Source: Spirochaetia bacterium
GTDB lineage: Bacteria; Spirochaetota; Spirochaetia; UBA9216
Reading direction: 5' to 3'
Length of the DNA stretch: 64,000 nucleotides
NCBI GenBank assembly: GCA_963677925.2
Contig: CAXXYH010000004.1
Span: 320,001 to 384,000 of the forward strand
Below are positions 10,194 through 20,306 of the stretch, one piece after another (positions within the stretch are counted from its first letter, which is position 1; the number at the start of each line of letters is the position of its first letter). A program made the translations under genes and the position numbers. The notes beneath the pieces are model-generated. The model was not told where the DNA came from. It saw only the letters and a list, made by a program, of their open reading frames with translations, and did not search any database.

Positions 10194-10316
10194 TTGCTGT
10201 TCATGATTTTACAAAAAATTATTTCATGGCTATATAAGGATTTATCGGACATTCTAAAAACAAAAAAAAGAAAAGTTTTAAAAAGTATACTTTTTTATAC
10301 AGTCAGCTGTAAAAAT

Positions 10317-10359
10317 AAAAAAGAGCCGGTCAAGACGATTGCTTAATCAGCTCTTTTTT
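10317..10359 (-). terminator. Intrinsic terminator after mrp (possibly bidirectional)
   Basis: AAAAAAGAGC...GCTCTTTTTT stem with T-tracts on both strands, directly after stop at 10364. Confidence 0.7.
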
Positions 10360-10363
10360 TCAA

Positions 10364-11176
10364 TTATTCTACAGACTTCACAATCCGGTCGATAATACCG
10401 CTTAACATCTTAACCGCTTCAGAGTCCGGATGCGCCTTAAACACATCAAGCCCCTTATCTTCGGCTTCCATCAGTTTCTGGTCAATTGGAATTCCGCCAA
10501 GGAATTCAACATCCATCTCTCCTGCAGCTTTTTCGCCTCCGCCCTTACCGAAAATGTAGTGGGTTTTTCCGCAGTCCGGACAAACAAAACCGCACATATT
10601 CTCTATAAGACCTATTACCGGAACCTTTACCTGCTTTGAAAAATTTATACTCTTTCTGGAATCAAGCACAGCTACATCCTGCGGTGTAGTGACAATTATA
10701 CTTCCATCTATTTCAGGTATAAGCTGACAGACAGAAAGAGGCTCATCACCTGTTCCCGGAGGAGAATCAATTATCAGAAAATCAAGATCTCCCCAGTTTA
10801 CTTCGGCCAGTATCTGTTTGATGAATCCCATTTTCAGAGGGCCCCGCCAAACAATCGGTGCATCCTGATCATTCCCTGTCATTGCAAGGCTTACAGCCTT
10901 AAGATTTTCATTAACAATCGGAGCCTCAATTCCTGTATCCGTCTGATAGAGGAGCTCGCCCTCAATTCCGAGCATTTTCGCAATATTCGGTCCATGAATA
11001 TCAGTGTCAACAATACCGACTTTATATCCCTTTTCAGCAAGCCCCCGGGCGATATTAACTGAAACCGTAGTCTTGCCTACACCGCCTTTTCCGCTCATGA
11101 TGACAATTTTATGCTTGATTCTGGCCATTCTTTCGGCCAGCTGCTTTTCCTGCTGTATCTGTTCTTCAGTTTTCAT
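10364..11176 (-). CDS. mrp: Mrp/NBP35 (ApbC) Fe-S carrier ATPase
   Basis: SGKGGVGKTT, DIHGPN, IDSPPGTGDE, VTTPQ, ENMCGFVCPDC. Confidence 0.93.
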   Translation of the reverse strand: MKTEEQIQQEKQLAERMARIKHKIVIMSGKGGVGKTTVSVNIARGLAEKGYKVGIVDTDIHGPNIAKMLGIEGELLYQTDTGIEAPIVNENLKAVSLAMTGNDQDAPIVWRGPLKMGFIKQILAEVNWGDLDFLIIDSPPGTGDEPLSVCQLIPEIDGSIIVTTPQDVAVLDSRKSINFSKQVKVPVIGLIENMCGFVCPDCGKTHYIFGKGGGEKAAGEMDVEFLGGIPIDQKLMEAEDKGLDVFKAHPDSEAVKMLSGIIDRIVKSVE

Positions 11177-11187
11177 TTATTCACCTA

Positions 11188-11556
11188 TTAATGATGATGT
11201 CCGCAGTCATCTCCGCCGTGATCATGGTTATGATCACAACCCACAGCACCGCCGGTCAGAGTACCGCTTCTGAAAGATTCAAGAACAGTGTTCACATCTC
11301 CGGAAACACTTCCAATAACATCGATGCCGTTTCTCTGCATATTAGCAACGGCACCTCCGCCGATGCCTCCGACAATCAAAACTTTTACGCCGTTATCTAC
11401 CATCATCTGCGGCAGGGTCTGGCAATGTCCGCCAGGATTAGCTTTATACTCCAGATCAGCTACACCATTTTCATTCACCTGAGCAAAAGTAAAACCGGGA
11501 GCCTGTCCGAAATGCCCGGATACCTGTCCATCAGCGGTTGCTACTGCTACTTTCAT
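11188..11556 (-). CDS. NifB/NifX-family metal-cofactor-binding protein with His-rich tail
   Basis: VSGHFGQAPGF, LIVGGIGGGA; tail CDHNHDHGGDDCGHHH; SD AAGGA before ATG 11556. Confidence 0.88.
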   Translation of the reverse strand: MKVAVATADGQVSGHFGQAPGFTFAQVNENGVADLEYKANPGGHCQTLPQMMVDNGVKVLIVGGIGGGAVANMQRNGIDVIGSVSGDVNTVLESFRSGTLTGGAVGCDHNHDHGGDDCGHHH

Positions 11557-12028
11557 TTCCTTTCTCCTTTCTGCAGTCCGGACAAACTCCATAGAACTGC
11601 ACTATATGTCTTTTTATTTCAAATCCGTGTTTTTTCGAAAGAACGGATTCAACTTTCCTGTAAAGATCTATTTCATCTTCAATAAAATCTGAATACTTCA
11701 CAACCCTGAAACATTTCTCGCACACAAGCTGATGGTGATGTGCTGCACTCTGGTCATCTGCCAGAATATATCTGGCCCGGCCCTCTCCAAAATTGTACCT
11801 GGTTACAAGGCCCATTTCATCCAGAAGAATCAGCGTCCTGTAAACTGTAGCAATTCCGGTTGCCGGAGAATCTTCTCTTATTTTTGAGAATATCTCTTCA
11901 GCACTCATATAACCGTCAGCCTGTTCAAGAACTTCAATCACCAGCTGTCTGGGAATTGTCATTCTAAGACCGCGGTCCTTAATTCCGCCCTCAAAATTCA
12001 TGCAGCATGGTTTCTTTCTGTTTTGCAT
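11531..12028 (-). CDS. fur: Fur-family transcriptional repressor
   Basis: GLRMTIPR, SAEEI, IATVYRTL, HHHQLVCEKC, YGVCPDC. Confidence 0.9.
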   Translation of the reverse strand: MQNRKKPCCMNFEGGIKDRGLRMTIPRQLVIEVLEQADGYMSAEEIFSKIREDSPATGIATVYRTLILLDEMGLVTRYNFGEGRARYILADDQSAAHHHQLVCEKCFRVVKYSDFIEDEIDLYRKVESVLSKKHGFEIKRHIVQFYGVCPDCRKEKGNESSSSNR

Positions 12029-12048
12029 CAGTTTCTATCCGAACGTTT

Positions 12049-12070
12049 GATATTGAGAATCATTATCAAT
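12049..12070. promoter_or_regulatory. Fur box over the fur transcription start
   Basis: GATATTGAGAATCATTATC is 17/19 to GATAATGATAATCATTATC; lies just downstream of minus-strand TTGACC-17-TACATT (12100-12072). Confidence 0.85.
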
Positions 12071-12101
12071 AAATGTATAAAAAAAACCGGACATGGTCAA
12101 G

Positions 12102-12488
12102 CTAGTTCAGGCTGACTCCGAACAGAGTTTTGACTGAACTTTGAAGTGTATTTCTTGAAAACGGCTTAATAAGCCAGGAAGCGGAAAGAAGAAGCTCAAT
12201 GGAATTAAGCTGGATTTTTTCAATTTCAAGTTTTCTGCTTTCAGAAGCGAGGAAAAGAAATTTAATCTCTTTCCCCTCATAACTCCTGAGACCCTCCAGA
12301 ACCTCTGTCCAAAGGGCCGATTTAATATCCATATCGACAATTAAAAGCTTAACTTTGGTTCTTTGAAGATACCTCTCAATCTCGGTAATAGAATCACTGC
12401 TCATGATTTCCCATCTATCCTCAAGAGCAAATCTGATATCACTAATCAAAGCTTCTGAATCAGCAAGTAGAACCAACTCAAACCTCAC
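12102..12488 (-). CDS. Single-domain response regulator
   Basis: LLIVDMD phosphoacceptor, FLFLAS, WLIKPF. Confidence 0.75.
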   Translation of the reverse strand: MRFELVLLADSEALISDIRFALEDRWEIMSSDSITEIERYLQRTKVKLLIVDMDIKSALWTEVLEGLRSYEGKEIKFLFLASESRKLEIEKIQLNSIELLLSASWLIKPFSRNTLQSSVKTLFGVSLN

Positions 12489-12490
12489 AA

Positions 12491-13465
12491 TTACATAACA
12501 CTCTTCAATTCCTGAATTTCCGAGAATTCTCTCAGTTTCAGGATAGCCTTATTCTGGATCTGTCTGACACGCTCCCTGGTAATTGAAAACAGTTTTCCAA
12601 TATCTTCCAAAGTAAGCGGTGCTTTTCCATTAAGTCCGAACCGAAGTTTAATAATTTCCCTTTCTCTTTCAGTGAGTTCATTAAGTGAATACTGAAGTAT
12701 TTCCTTTACATTTATCCTGAAAAAATCTTCAAAGGGACCGATATAATCTTCGCCTGAAATAAGCTCTGCCAGATTTGTACTGTTGTCATCATCCACAGTT
12801 GTATCCAGAGATGCAGTGTCGCCGGTACTGTTAAGAATGCTTTCAACCTTTTCTTCTGAAATATTCAGATAGTTTGCAATTTCGGAAGCTTTGGGATCCC
12901 TTCCAAGATCCTGTGTAAGCTCTCTAGATGCGGAATAGAATTTTCTGGCGGAGTTAAGTACATGAACGGGTATTCGTATAGTACGGCCTTTATCAGCTAT
13001 CGATTTGATAATCGACTGCTGTATCCACCAGGTTCCGTAAGTCGAAAACTTACAGCCCTTCCGGTAATCAAAGCGCTCAACAGCTTCTATAAGTCCGATA
13101 TTGCCTTCATTTATCAGATCGATAAGGTTAAGACCCCGATGCTGATATTTTTTGGCGATAGAAACGACAAGCCTTAGATTACTTGTAATCAGATGATTTC
13201 TATGGACTTCTGATTCCGCCTCAAGAAAAGATCTGGCCTTGTCATATTCCTCACGGCTAATTTCAGCGTACTGCAGTCTTTCATCAAGCTCCTGCAGACC
13301 TTTTTTTGTCTCGCTGATATTATACGCAAGATCCAACTCATCATTCCGGGACAGTAACGGATAAACCGAAATCTGCTTCAGATATGAAGACAGGGCATCT
13401 TTTTCTACAGATTCCTGCTCCCTTTCACTTTCACTGTCTATGTACCATACCTCATTCATGCTCAC
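12491..13465 (-). CDS. Group 2 (RpoS-like) sigma70-family factor
   Basis: Regions 1.2 to 4 (NLRLVVSIAKKY, KFSTYGTWWI, TRERVRQI); no region 1.1. Confidence 0.88.
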   Translation of the reverse strand: MSMNEVWYIDSESEREQESVEKDALSSYLKQISVYPLLSRNDELDLAYNISETKKGLQELDERLQYAEISREEYDKARSFLEAESEVHRNHLITSNLRLVVSIAKKYQHRGLNLIDLINEGNIGLIEAVERFDYRKGCKFSTYGTWWIQQSIIKSIADKGRTIRIPVHVLNSARKFYSASRELTQDLGRDPKASEIANYLNISEEKVESILNSTGDTASLDTTVDDDNSTNLAELISGEDYIGPFEDFFRINVKEILQYSLNELTEREREIIKLRFGLNGKAPLTLEDIGKLFSITRERVRQIQNKAILKLREFSEIQELKSVM

Positions 13466-13535
13466 ATAATTACACGGCTAAGACCATAAAAAAATCAGGT
13501 TAGTTTGAGATATGACATAAGAACCCGCCCCATTC

Positions 13536-13558
13536 GCTATAGGGGTTTCCCCTATAGC
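13536..13558. repeat. Perfect 10-bp inverted repeat upstream of the RpoS-like gene
   Basis: GCTATAGGGG-TTT-CCCCTATAGC. Confidence 0.85.
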
Positions 13559-13613
13559 TGATACAGGTATTTGAGTATCCTGCAAAATTTTTGGAGTTTT
13601 GAAATTGCCTTAT

Positions 13614-14618
13614 TTATTTAATCTTTTTTCTTTTCTTTCTAAGGCTTTCAGATTTGACAGTGGCTTCTGTGTTTTCAGCCTCTTTCAGGACCTGTTTTTT
13701 TCTGACCTGATACAGAATTACACCGGTCAAAATCATAAACAGACACAGAATCTGTCCTGTAGTAAAGTTTAGAAATGAGTTAAATAAGGCAGGATCCTCC
13801 GGGGCTGCTCCAAAATTAAGCGGAAAGCCCATATCTGAATCCGGTTCTCTGAAGTATTCAATAAAAAAGCGGACTATACCGTAGCCGATGAGATAGAAAC
13901 TAAGCATTGCCCCGTCGAATTTCTTTCTGTTTTTCAGAACAAACCACAGCACAAGCCACAAAATAACACCTTCAAAGGCGGCCTCATATAGCTGTGAGGG
14001 GTGCCGGGGCAGATTAACCAGTCCGGATTCCGGCAGTTTCATACCTACCTCGGCGGCAACTCTCTGAACCCAGTCAAGTTTTACTGAAAATCTTCCGGCA
14101 TGAGGAAATACAATACCCCAGGATTTGGTTGTAACACGGCCCCAGAGTTCTCCGTTAATAAAGTTTCCAAGACGTCCGAATGTATATCCAAGCGGAATAC
14201 CGGGCGCTGTAAAATCAGCCATCTTAAACCAGCTGATTTTTTTTACACGGCAGAAAATAAGCGTACCGACAATCGCGCCGAAAACCCCGCCGTGGTAACT
14301 CATACCCTGAAGCCCGGTAAACTGTCCGTTTCTGAAGGGTACAAATATCATCCAGGGGTGGGTAATATAATAGTGTTCAGGGTCATAAATAGTAGTTGCA
14401 AAGATCCTCGCACCAATAAGAAGTCCAAGGATACCCCAGAAAAAATAATTAACTATATCATCTTCTTTGAGATTCGGTTTTTCATCTTTTATCTGTTTCT
14501 GCATCAGAAACCAGGCAATTCCGAACGCTATGAGATACATAAGGCTGTACCAGCGGATAGGAAACCCGGGAATTATTTCAGGCTTTATCCATGATGGAAA
14601 GTTTATAAATGCAAGCAT
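13614..14618 (-). CDS. lgt: Prolipoprotein diacylglyceryl transferase
   Basis: IRWYSLMY, GMSYHGG, GRLGNFINGELWGR, RHPSQLYE, RFFIEYFREPD. Confidence 0.97.
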   Translation of the reverse strand: MLAFINFPSWIKPEIIPGFPIRWYSLMYLIAFGIAWFLMQKQIKDEKPNLKEDDIVNYFFWGILGLLIGARIFATTIYDPEHYYITHPWMIFVPFRNGQFTGLQGMSYHGGVFGAIVGTLIFCRVKKISWFKMADFTAPGIPLGYTFGRLGNFINGELWGRVTTKSWGIVFPHAGRFSVKLDWVQRVAAEVGMKLPESGLVNLPRHPSQLYEAAFEGVILWLVLWFVLKNRKKFDGAMLSFYLIGYGIVRFFIEYFREPDSDMGFPLNFGAAPEDPALFNSFLNFTTGQILCLFMILTGVILYQVRKKQVLKEAENTEATVKSESLRKKRKKIK

Positions 14619-17584
14619 TATTTCTCCTTCTGCTTATCTTCCTGCTGATTATAGGGAACTTTTTCGAGAAATCCGCTTTCTTCATTAAAGATAATTTTAA
14701 TTGATTTCTCTTTTTTTGTTATATCAAGAGTTCTTCCATGACTTTCAAAAACAACTCCGGGAAAAACCTCTCCCCGTATAATTATTTCTGATGGAAAATG
14801 CTGCTCAAACCGCTCCTTCAGTGTGAAGATACGGACCCCGCGTTTTTCCATGATTTTCATTAATTTTACCTTCTCCTGCCTCAGCCTGTTTAATCCCTGA
14901 GAATCCTTTTCCTTCTCACAATTTCTCATCTCGGGATCAAGCTTAACAAGACGGTTTTTTATTTTTGTTATTTCCTTCTCTTCTATCTCAATCTGATCGG
15001 CAATCAGATAATCCTGACCGAAAGAAATCTCGGTTCTTGTTCCGGAAAGCGAGCCGATATTAGCAGCCTCAATACCCTTCCTGGCCTGAATTTTCCCGCC
15101 TACCAGGTATCCTTTTTCGGTCATTAACCTGAGTTTACCGTTGCATTTTACCTTACAGCCGAAAACCGCATTCTTTACGATGATGTCTTCAACAGCCAGA
15201 AGCGTAGCCCTTTCAGCAAATGAAACTCTAATGGAATCTTTTGCCCTAAGCAGAGCCTTACCGCCGCCCTTGATACCCTGGTTGACTGTTATGGTTTTCT
15301 CAGAGGAAAGCAGAGACATCTCCGAGTTCATTCCAATGTTTACATTCCCGCCGGCCATAATGTAGAAACCGTTTTTTACAGTTCCTTTAACCTGAACATC
15401 TCCGCTGAACTTGATGTTGCCAACACTGAAATCTACATCACCCTTAACAAAAAATCCTTCCTGAATCTCAATTTTGTTATTTTCATAGATAAGCCTTCCA
15501 CCCTTTTCAGCCATCAGGAAGGTGTTTCCCTCTTCGTCTTTTTCTTCAATGACGTTTGCACCGATTTCAACATTCAGCGGAGTCAGCTGTTTTGCGGGCA
15601 GTGTATTTCCAAGAACATCCCATCCATCCTCAGATTCTCCCTGAATGACCTGAATCTCAGCCAGGATCTCACCCTTTTTAACATTAGTTATCCGATTCTG
15701 ACTTCGATAGTTAGCCTTGCCCTTTTCGTCGATAGAGACCTTGTTTCCGTCAGCCATTTCAGCCAGGAATTTAAGTTTGTATTCTCCAGCATTCTTCGGA
15801 GCCTTTCCCATCGCAAACAGTGCACCACCCACAGACTCACCGTTCCGGGCTTTTTCAACAGCGCTCTTAACAAGATCGATATTTATTCCCGATTTAAGTC
15901 CGGCCTCGGCAATCTGCCTGTTAACCTCTTCAAGCGACGGAGGAATTCCGGTTCCGGCAGCAGGTTCAATGGAAAGGGTTGCAGTCATTTTGTCAGCAGC
16001 AACCTTTACTTCAATTTCGGCATCACGATGGCTCCTGACGCGGAGTATCGTTTTCCCTTCTGAATCGAAGCATTCAAGAAGTCCGTCTATTTCTGAAATA
16101 TACATTCCCTTTTCAAAACGGACATTCTCAAGAGATTCAATTACAGCGCCCTTCGCGGAGGTCTCAATTTCATCTCCGAATACATCGGCACCTTTTTTAC
16201 CTGATGATGAAAGAACAGATGCAAGGTTCTGATCTTTTTTTACATTGGCGGCCCCGCTGATTTCTTTCGGATGATAATCCGCGGCTGAAGGAATATCCTT
16301 AAATGCAGCGGAATCCATTCCTCCGGCCCGCTTTTTTATATCATCAACTGCGGCATCAGAAAGAAGCTGCAGTTCATACTCGACAGAACCGCCCTCACCT
16401 TCTTCAGGAGCTGTACCCTCACATAAAATGAAACGGATGTCCTTCTCTGCGCTTTTTTGAAAATCAAGAATCACTTCCTGAATTTTTTTAAGATCCATTC
16501 CCTTCAGGCCGCTGTTCTTTATTGCAGATCCGGCTTCTTTCAGAACCAGAGGCTTACCGGCGCCGCGGCCCTTATGCATTACCATTTCGGCAACAAGCCT
16601 GTTATCTGATACTTCAATTCTGAAATAACCGTCGTCATCACTGCTTATGATGACATTCTTCAGAACTTTTCCGGCTACAGCGGCAGTGGATATAATCTGG
16701 TTAATCTTCTCGGCACCGACCAGAGCCGATTCAGGACATCCCAGCATTTCCGCCCTTTTAATAATTTCAGCGGGGTCGGGAAGACTGACTTCCTCTCCTC
16801 CGGGATTGAAATTAAGAAGGCATGTGTTCTTGTCTTTTGAAAGTTCCAGATTCCAGTCATGACTTTTAAAGGGTATAACCTCAATCCAGTTCCAGCCGCG
16901 GCGGACAATACCTGTTTCAGTGGCAATAATTGAACTGCCCTTTTTCTCGGTATTTGTTCCCAGCCAGAACTCATCTTCCTGAGAAAGAGGCACAATAGGC
17001 TTTCCGTATACATCCTTGCCCAGTTTACCCGGTTTTGCTGCTATTATATCTGCAAGCTTGTCTTCCTTTTCAGCCCAGCCGGCTGCTATCACATCAGGAA
17101 TCACATTTACCCGGACTTTTTTCTCTTTTTTAACTAGATCCTTTACGGTCTCGGTTTTATCTTTTGCAAAAGGAAGAATACCTTTTTTCTTAACAGTCTT
17201 TTCTACCGGAACTTTTTCTATTTCAGTATTCCAGATTTCAGGTGCCGCCGCATTTTTTAAAAAACGCTCAACATCCTCTTCAAGGCCCTCGGGAATTTTC
17301 AGCTCGGACCACTCACGTTCTTCCGGAACGAGGGGCTCAGCATGATCACCCTCAGCGATGGTAATACTTATCTCTTCATTCGATTCGAGGAGTTTTTCAA
17401 TTTTCTGTTCAAGTTCTTTTCTGTCGAAACCGTATGTGATCTTGTTTTCCGCAATCAGCCGGTTAACGCTCTGTGCATCTATTTCTATTCCGTTTTCATC
17501 CGGAATAAAATGAAGCACGGCAAGCAGAGCCTCATCATCTGTCTCAATGCTGATTCTGCCAAGAAGTTTTTGTTCGCCCGCCAT
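14618..17584 (-). CDS. FapA (DUF342) family protein with internally repeated domains
   Basis: Repeated V..D.M.A/G.DV.G units, GDVDFSVGNI.F.GDV.V.G beta-helix and C-terminal coiled coil. Confidence 0.82.
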   Translation of the reverse strand: MAGEQKLLGRISIETDDEALLAVLHFIPDENGIEIDAQSVNRLIAENKITYGFDRKELEQKIEKLLESNEEISITIAEGDHAEPLVPEEREWSELKIPEGLEEDVERFLKNAAAPEIWNTEIEKVPVEKTVKKKGILPFAKDKTETVKDLVKKEKKVRVNVIPDVIAAGWAEKEDKLADIIAAKPGKLGKDVYGKPIVPLSQEDEFWLGTNTEKKGSSIIATETGIVRRGWNWIEVIPFKSHDWNLELSKDKNTCLLNFNPGGEEVSLPDPAEIIKRAEMLGCPESALVGAEKINQIISTAAVAGKVLKNVIISSDDDGYFRIEVSDNRLVAEMVMHKGRGAGKPLVLKEAGSAIKNSGLKGMDLKKIQEVILDFQKSAEKDIRFILCEGTAPEEGEGGSVEYELQLLSDAAVDDIKKRAGGMDSAAFKDIPSAADYHPKEISGAANVKKDQNLASVLSSSGKKGADVFGDEIETSAKGAVIESLENVRFEKGMYISEIDGLLECFDSEGKTILRVRSHRDAEIEVKVAADKMTATLSIEPAAGTGIPPSLEEVNRQIAEAGLKSGINIDLVKSAVEKARNGESVGGALFAMGKAPKNAGEYKLKFLAEMADGNKVSIDEKGKANYRSQNRITNVKKGEILAEIQVIQGESEDGWDVLGNTLPAKQLTPLNVEIGANVIEEKDEEGNTFLMAEKGGRLIYENNKIEIQEGFFVKGDVDFSVGNIKFSGDVQVKGTVKNGFYIMAGGNVNIGMNSEMSLLSSEKTITVNQGIKGGGKALLRAKDSIRVSFAERATLLAVEDIIVKNAVFGCKVKCNGKLRLMTEKGYLVGGKIQARKGIEAANIGSLSGTRTEISFGQDYLIADQIEIEEKEITKIKNRLVKLDPEMRNCEKEKDSQGLNRLRQEKVKLMKIMEKRGVRIFTLKERFEQHFPSEIIIRGEVFPGVVFESHGRTLDITKKEKSIKIIFNEESGFLEKVPYNQQEDKQKEK

Positions 17585-17586
17585 AC

Positions 17587-18729
17587 CTATACTTTGAAAC
17601 CCTGCCTTGCAGCCGTCAGCAGCTTTGATTTAAGCAGGTTATTCTGCTTTTTCAGTACTGAAATTTCATACTGCTGGCTTTTTACTGTCTCGATCAAATC
17701 CCCTTTTGTAAGGGTTCCGCTGTGAAGCAGGTTTTCAAGCTCCTGTATTTTATAGTCAAAATCTATCTCTGCTTCCATTTCCGCATTCTGGTAGCTTTCC
17801 TCCATGGTCTGGATCTCCAGTGCGGACTGGTCTTCGATACTTTTCTGAAGTATTCTGTCGGTCATCCGGTATACTGCCTGTGAAATTACAGATTCAGGCT
17901 TGTATTTTATTATGGGAAGCCTCGAATTGAGAGCAATGTCCTGAAGATGATCCCTGTAGATAACTCCCAGATATTCCATTTCAACTCCAAGATACTGCTC
18001 GCATGAGCGCTTTATCTTTTCAGCCTTAACAGAGTCTTTCGGATCATCGATCATATTCATAACAATCATCGGCGAAAACGCATTCATCTTTTTCTTTAAT
18101 AAATTATATTTATCAGGATCAAGAGATTCAAGTTTTTCGAGTATTCCGGGAATATAGATCCTCTGCAGCCCTTCGCCATCCGCCGCAAGCTCATCAAGAT
18201 AGGCCTTTGCGGGACTCTTACCGGTAAACCCGGTAGAGATCATCCTGAATACTACATTTTTCAGAAAAAGATAGGCATTAAGTGTTGCTGTCAGCGCCGG
18301 CGCCGTAACAATTATTCCGGTACCCGACATCAGAAAGAAATCCAGGGTATTAAAAGAAGTTCCCGCGCCAAGGTCAAGAATAAGAAAATCGGTATCAAGC
18401 TGACTTAGATGTTTTATCAGCTTCCGTTTCTGATTTATCTGTATATTGGCAAGCCCGGGAATTTCAGCATCCCCGGGGATAAACTTCAGATTTGTATAAC
18501 CGGAATCAAGAAGAATATCTTCAAATTCCACATTATTTCTTGTAAGCCAGGTGCCTATACCGGCCTGGCTTCTTCCGGAGTCAAGCATCATATGCAGGTT
18601 TGAACCGCCCAGATCAAGATCTGCAAGTACGGTTTTTTTACCAGCCTGAGCCAGGGCAATTGAAAGATTTACAGCGAGCAGAGATTTTCCGACACCGCCT
18701 TTTCCACCTGCAACAGGTATAATTTTCAT
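17587..18729 (-). CDS. MinD/FlhG-like P-loop ATPase with C-terminal coiled-coil extension
   Basis: GGKGGVGKS, DLDLGGSNLH, LDLGAG. Confidence 0.85.
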   Translation of the reverse strand: MKIIPVAGGKGGVGKSLLAVNLSIALAQAGKKTVLADLDLGGSNLHMMLDSGRSQAGIGTWLTRNNVEFEDILLDSGYTNLKFIPGDAEIPGLANIQINQKRKLIKHLSQLDTDFLILDLGAGTSFNTLDFFLMSGTGIIVTAPALTATLNAYLFLKNVVFRMISTGFTGKSPAKAYLDELAADGEGLQRIYIPGILEKLESLDPDKYNLLKKKMNAFSPMIVMNMIDDPKDSVKAEKIKRSCEQYLGVEMEYLGVIYRDHLQDIALNSRLPIIKYKPESVISQAVYRMTDRILQKSIEDQSALEIQTMEESYQNAEMEAEIDFDYKIQELENLLHSGTLTKGDLIETVKSQQYEISVLKKQNNLLKSKLLTAARQGFKV

Positions 18730-18848
18730 CTAATCCTCCGGTTATTGGGAAAGTATATCATGAAGAAAAAATCACGCAAAGCCTCAGAAAAAAACATGAC
18801 TTGATGATTATCTCCCGTAACATTAAAATGAATATTGAAGAGGTTTTT

Positions 18849-20291
18849 ATGAAAAACAAAGAAAGATCAATATGGCTGATAGTTACGATAGTACTTGCAG
18901 CAGCTCTGACTTTTTCCTTAATGAGTCCGGGAAGCTCTCTGCAGCTAAGCAGCCAAAAAAATAACGACTACCTTATCAGGCTCGGCAGGCTTTTCGACAT
19001 TATCGAGCAAAATTTTGTAGAAGATGTCTCACCTGAAACACTTTATGAAGGTGCGGCGAAGGGAATGTTTGAAAGTCTGGATGATCCGTACTCGGTTTAT
19101 CTTACAGCTGACGATATGGAGGACTTTTCTGATACAACCACCGGCAGTTTCGGCGGAGTCGGGATGTTTATCTCAAAACAGAGCGGTAAGAGACCTGAGA
19201 TAACAGCAGATTCACCATTCAGAGATCGATATTTTGATTTTGTCGAGGTGATTTCACCGATCGAAGGCTCCCCTGCCTACCGTGCAGGAATATCCGCCGG
19301 TGATTTCATAATAGAAATTGACGGAGAATCGGCAGAAGGCCTGTCTACTGATGAGGTGGCGGACAGACTCAGGGGAGAACCCGGAACCGAGGTAAGTTAC
19401 AAGATACGAAGACTGGGTAATATTGAGCGTGAAATAACAGTCAAGCGGGAAGTAATTGAAGTGCCCACTGTAAAATATGCAATGATCGATGATGAAACAG
19501 CCTATCTTAAAATTGTCCGCTGGACACCATATACCGAAGAGAGTGTCAAAGAAGCGGTAACATTCTTTGAAAAAGCCGGTTATTCCTACCTTGTTGTTGA
19601 TGTACGCGGAAATCCGGGTGGTCTGCTTTCCAGTGTTGTTGATACAGCAGATTTGTTTCTCGACGACGGCATGATCGTCAGTACCAAAAACCGGGATCAG
19701 ATAAAAATTGAAGAATTCAAAGCAACCCGCAGAACCGATGTTGATGAAAGTATTCCTGTCATCCTTCTTATAGACCGAGGCTCGGCTTCTGCATCCGAAA
19801 TCCTTGCAGGAGCGCTTAAGGACAACGAACGTGCATACCTGGTAGGCGAAACCTCCTTCGGAAAGGGTTCAGTTCAGCAGATCAGCGGTTTCGGTAACGG
19901 AGGATTCAAACTTACAACATCAAGATACTATACTCCATCAGGAATAAATATTGACCATATCGGAATTGAACCTCAGAAGAAAATTAAAGAAGAGGAACTT
20001 TCCGATGATGAACTTCTGTCACTCGAAAAACTGATAGAAAATAATTATATCCCCCTGTTTGTGGCAAAATTTCCGGATGCAGGTGAATCCCGTATTTACG
20101 ACTTTATTGAAGAGCTGAAGGCAGACGGAATTGATCTTGAAGATCGTCTGCTGAGACGGCTGATAAGGGCCGAAATAAACCGAACTGAAAATGATCCTCC
20201 CATTTTTGACCTGGATTATGATATAGTACTACAGTACGCGGTTGACCTTTTCGAGTCTGGCGGGTACAAAGATTTAGATATTTTCAGATAA
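18849..20291 (+). CDS. ctpA: Carboxyl-terminal processing protease (S41, PDZ)
   Basis: DVRGNPGGLL, SASASEI, SFGKGSVQ; SD GAGG; promoter TTGATG-17-TAAAAT at 18801-18829. Confidence 0.92.
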   Translation: MKNKERSIWLIVTIVLAAALTFSLMSPGSSLQLSSQKNNDYLIRLGRLFDIIEQNFVEDVSPETLYEGAAKGMFESLDDPYSVYLTADDMEDFSDTTTGSFGGVGMFISKQSGKRPEITADSPFRDRYFDFVEVISPIEGSPAYRAGISAGDFIIEIDGESAEGLSTDEVADRLRGEPGTEVSYKIRRLGNIEREITVKREVIEVPTVKYAMIDDETAYLKIVRWTPYTEESVKEAVTFFEKAGYSYLVVDVRGNPGGLLSSVVDTADLFLDDGMIVSTKNRDQIKIEEFKATRRTDVDESIPVILLIDRGSASASEILAGALKDNERAYLVGETSFGKGSVQQISGFGNGGFKLTTSRYYTPSGINIDHIGIEPQKKIKEEELSDDELLSLEKLIENNYIPLFVAKFPDAGESRIYDFIEELKADGIDLEDRLLRRLIRAEINRTENDPPIFDLDYDIVLQYAVDLFESGGYKDLDIFR

Positions 20292-20306
20292 AGTAACAGG
20301 ATAAAA

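Noticed and set aside
11191-11685. 164 aa plus-strand ORF and the many other antisense or nested ORFs in the track (e.g. 15717-16232, 25404-25898, 6580-7050)
   Set aside because: They are shadows of well-supported genes with no recognisable motifs or RBS.
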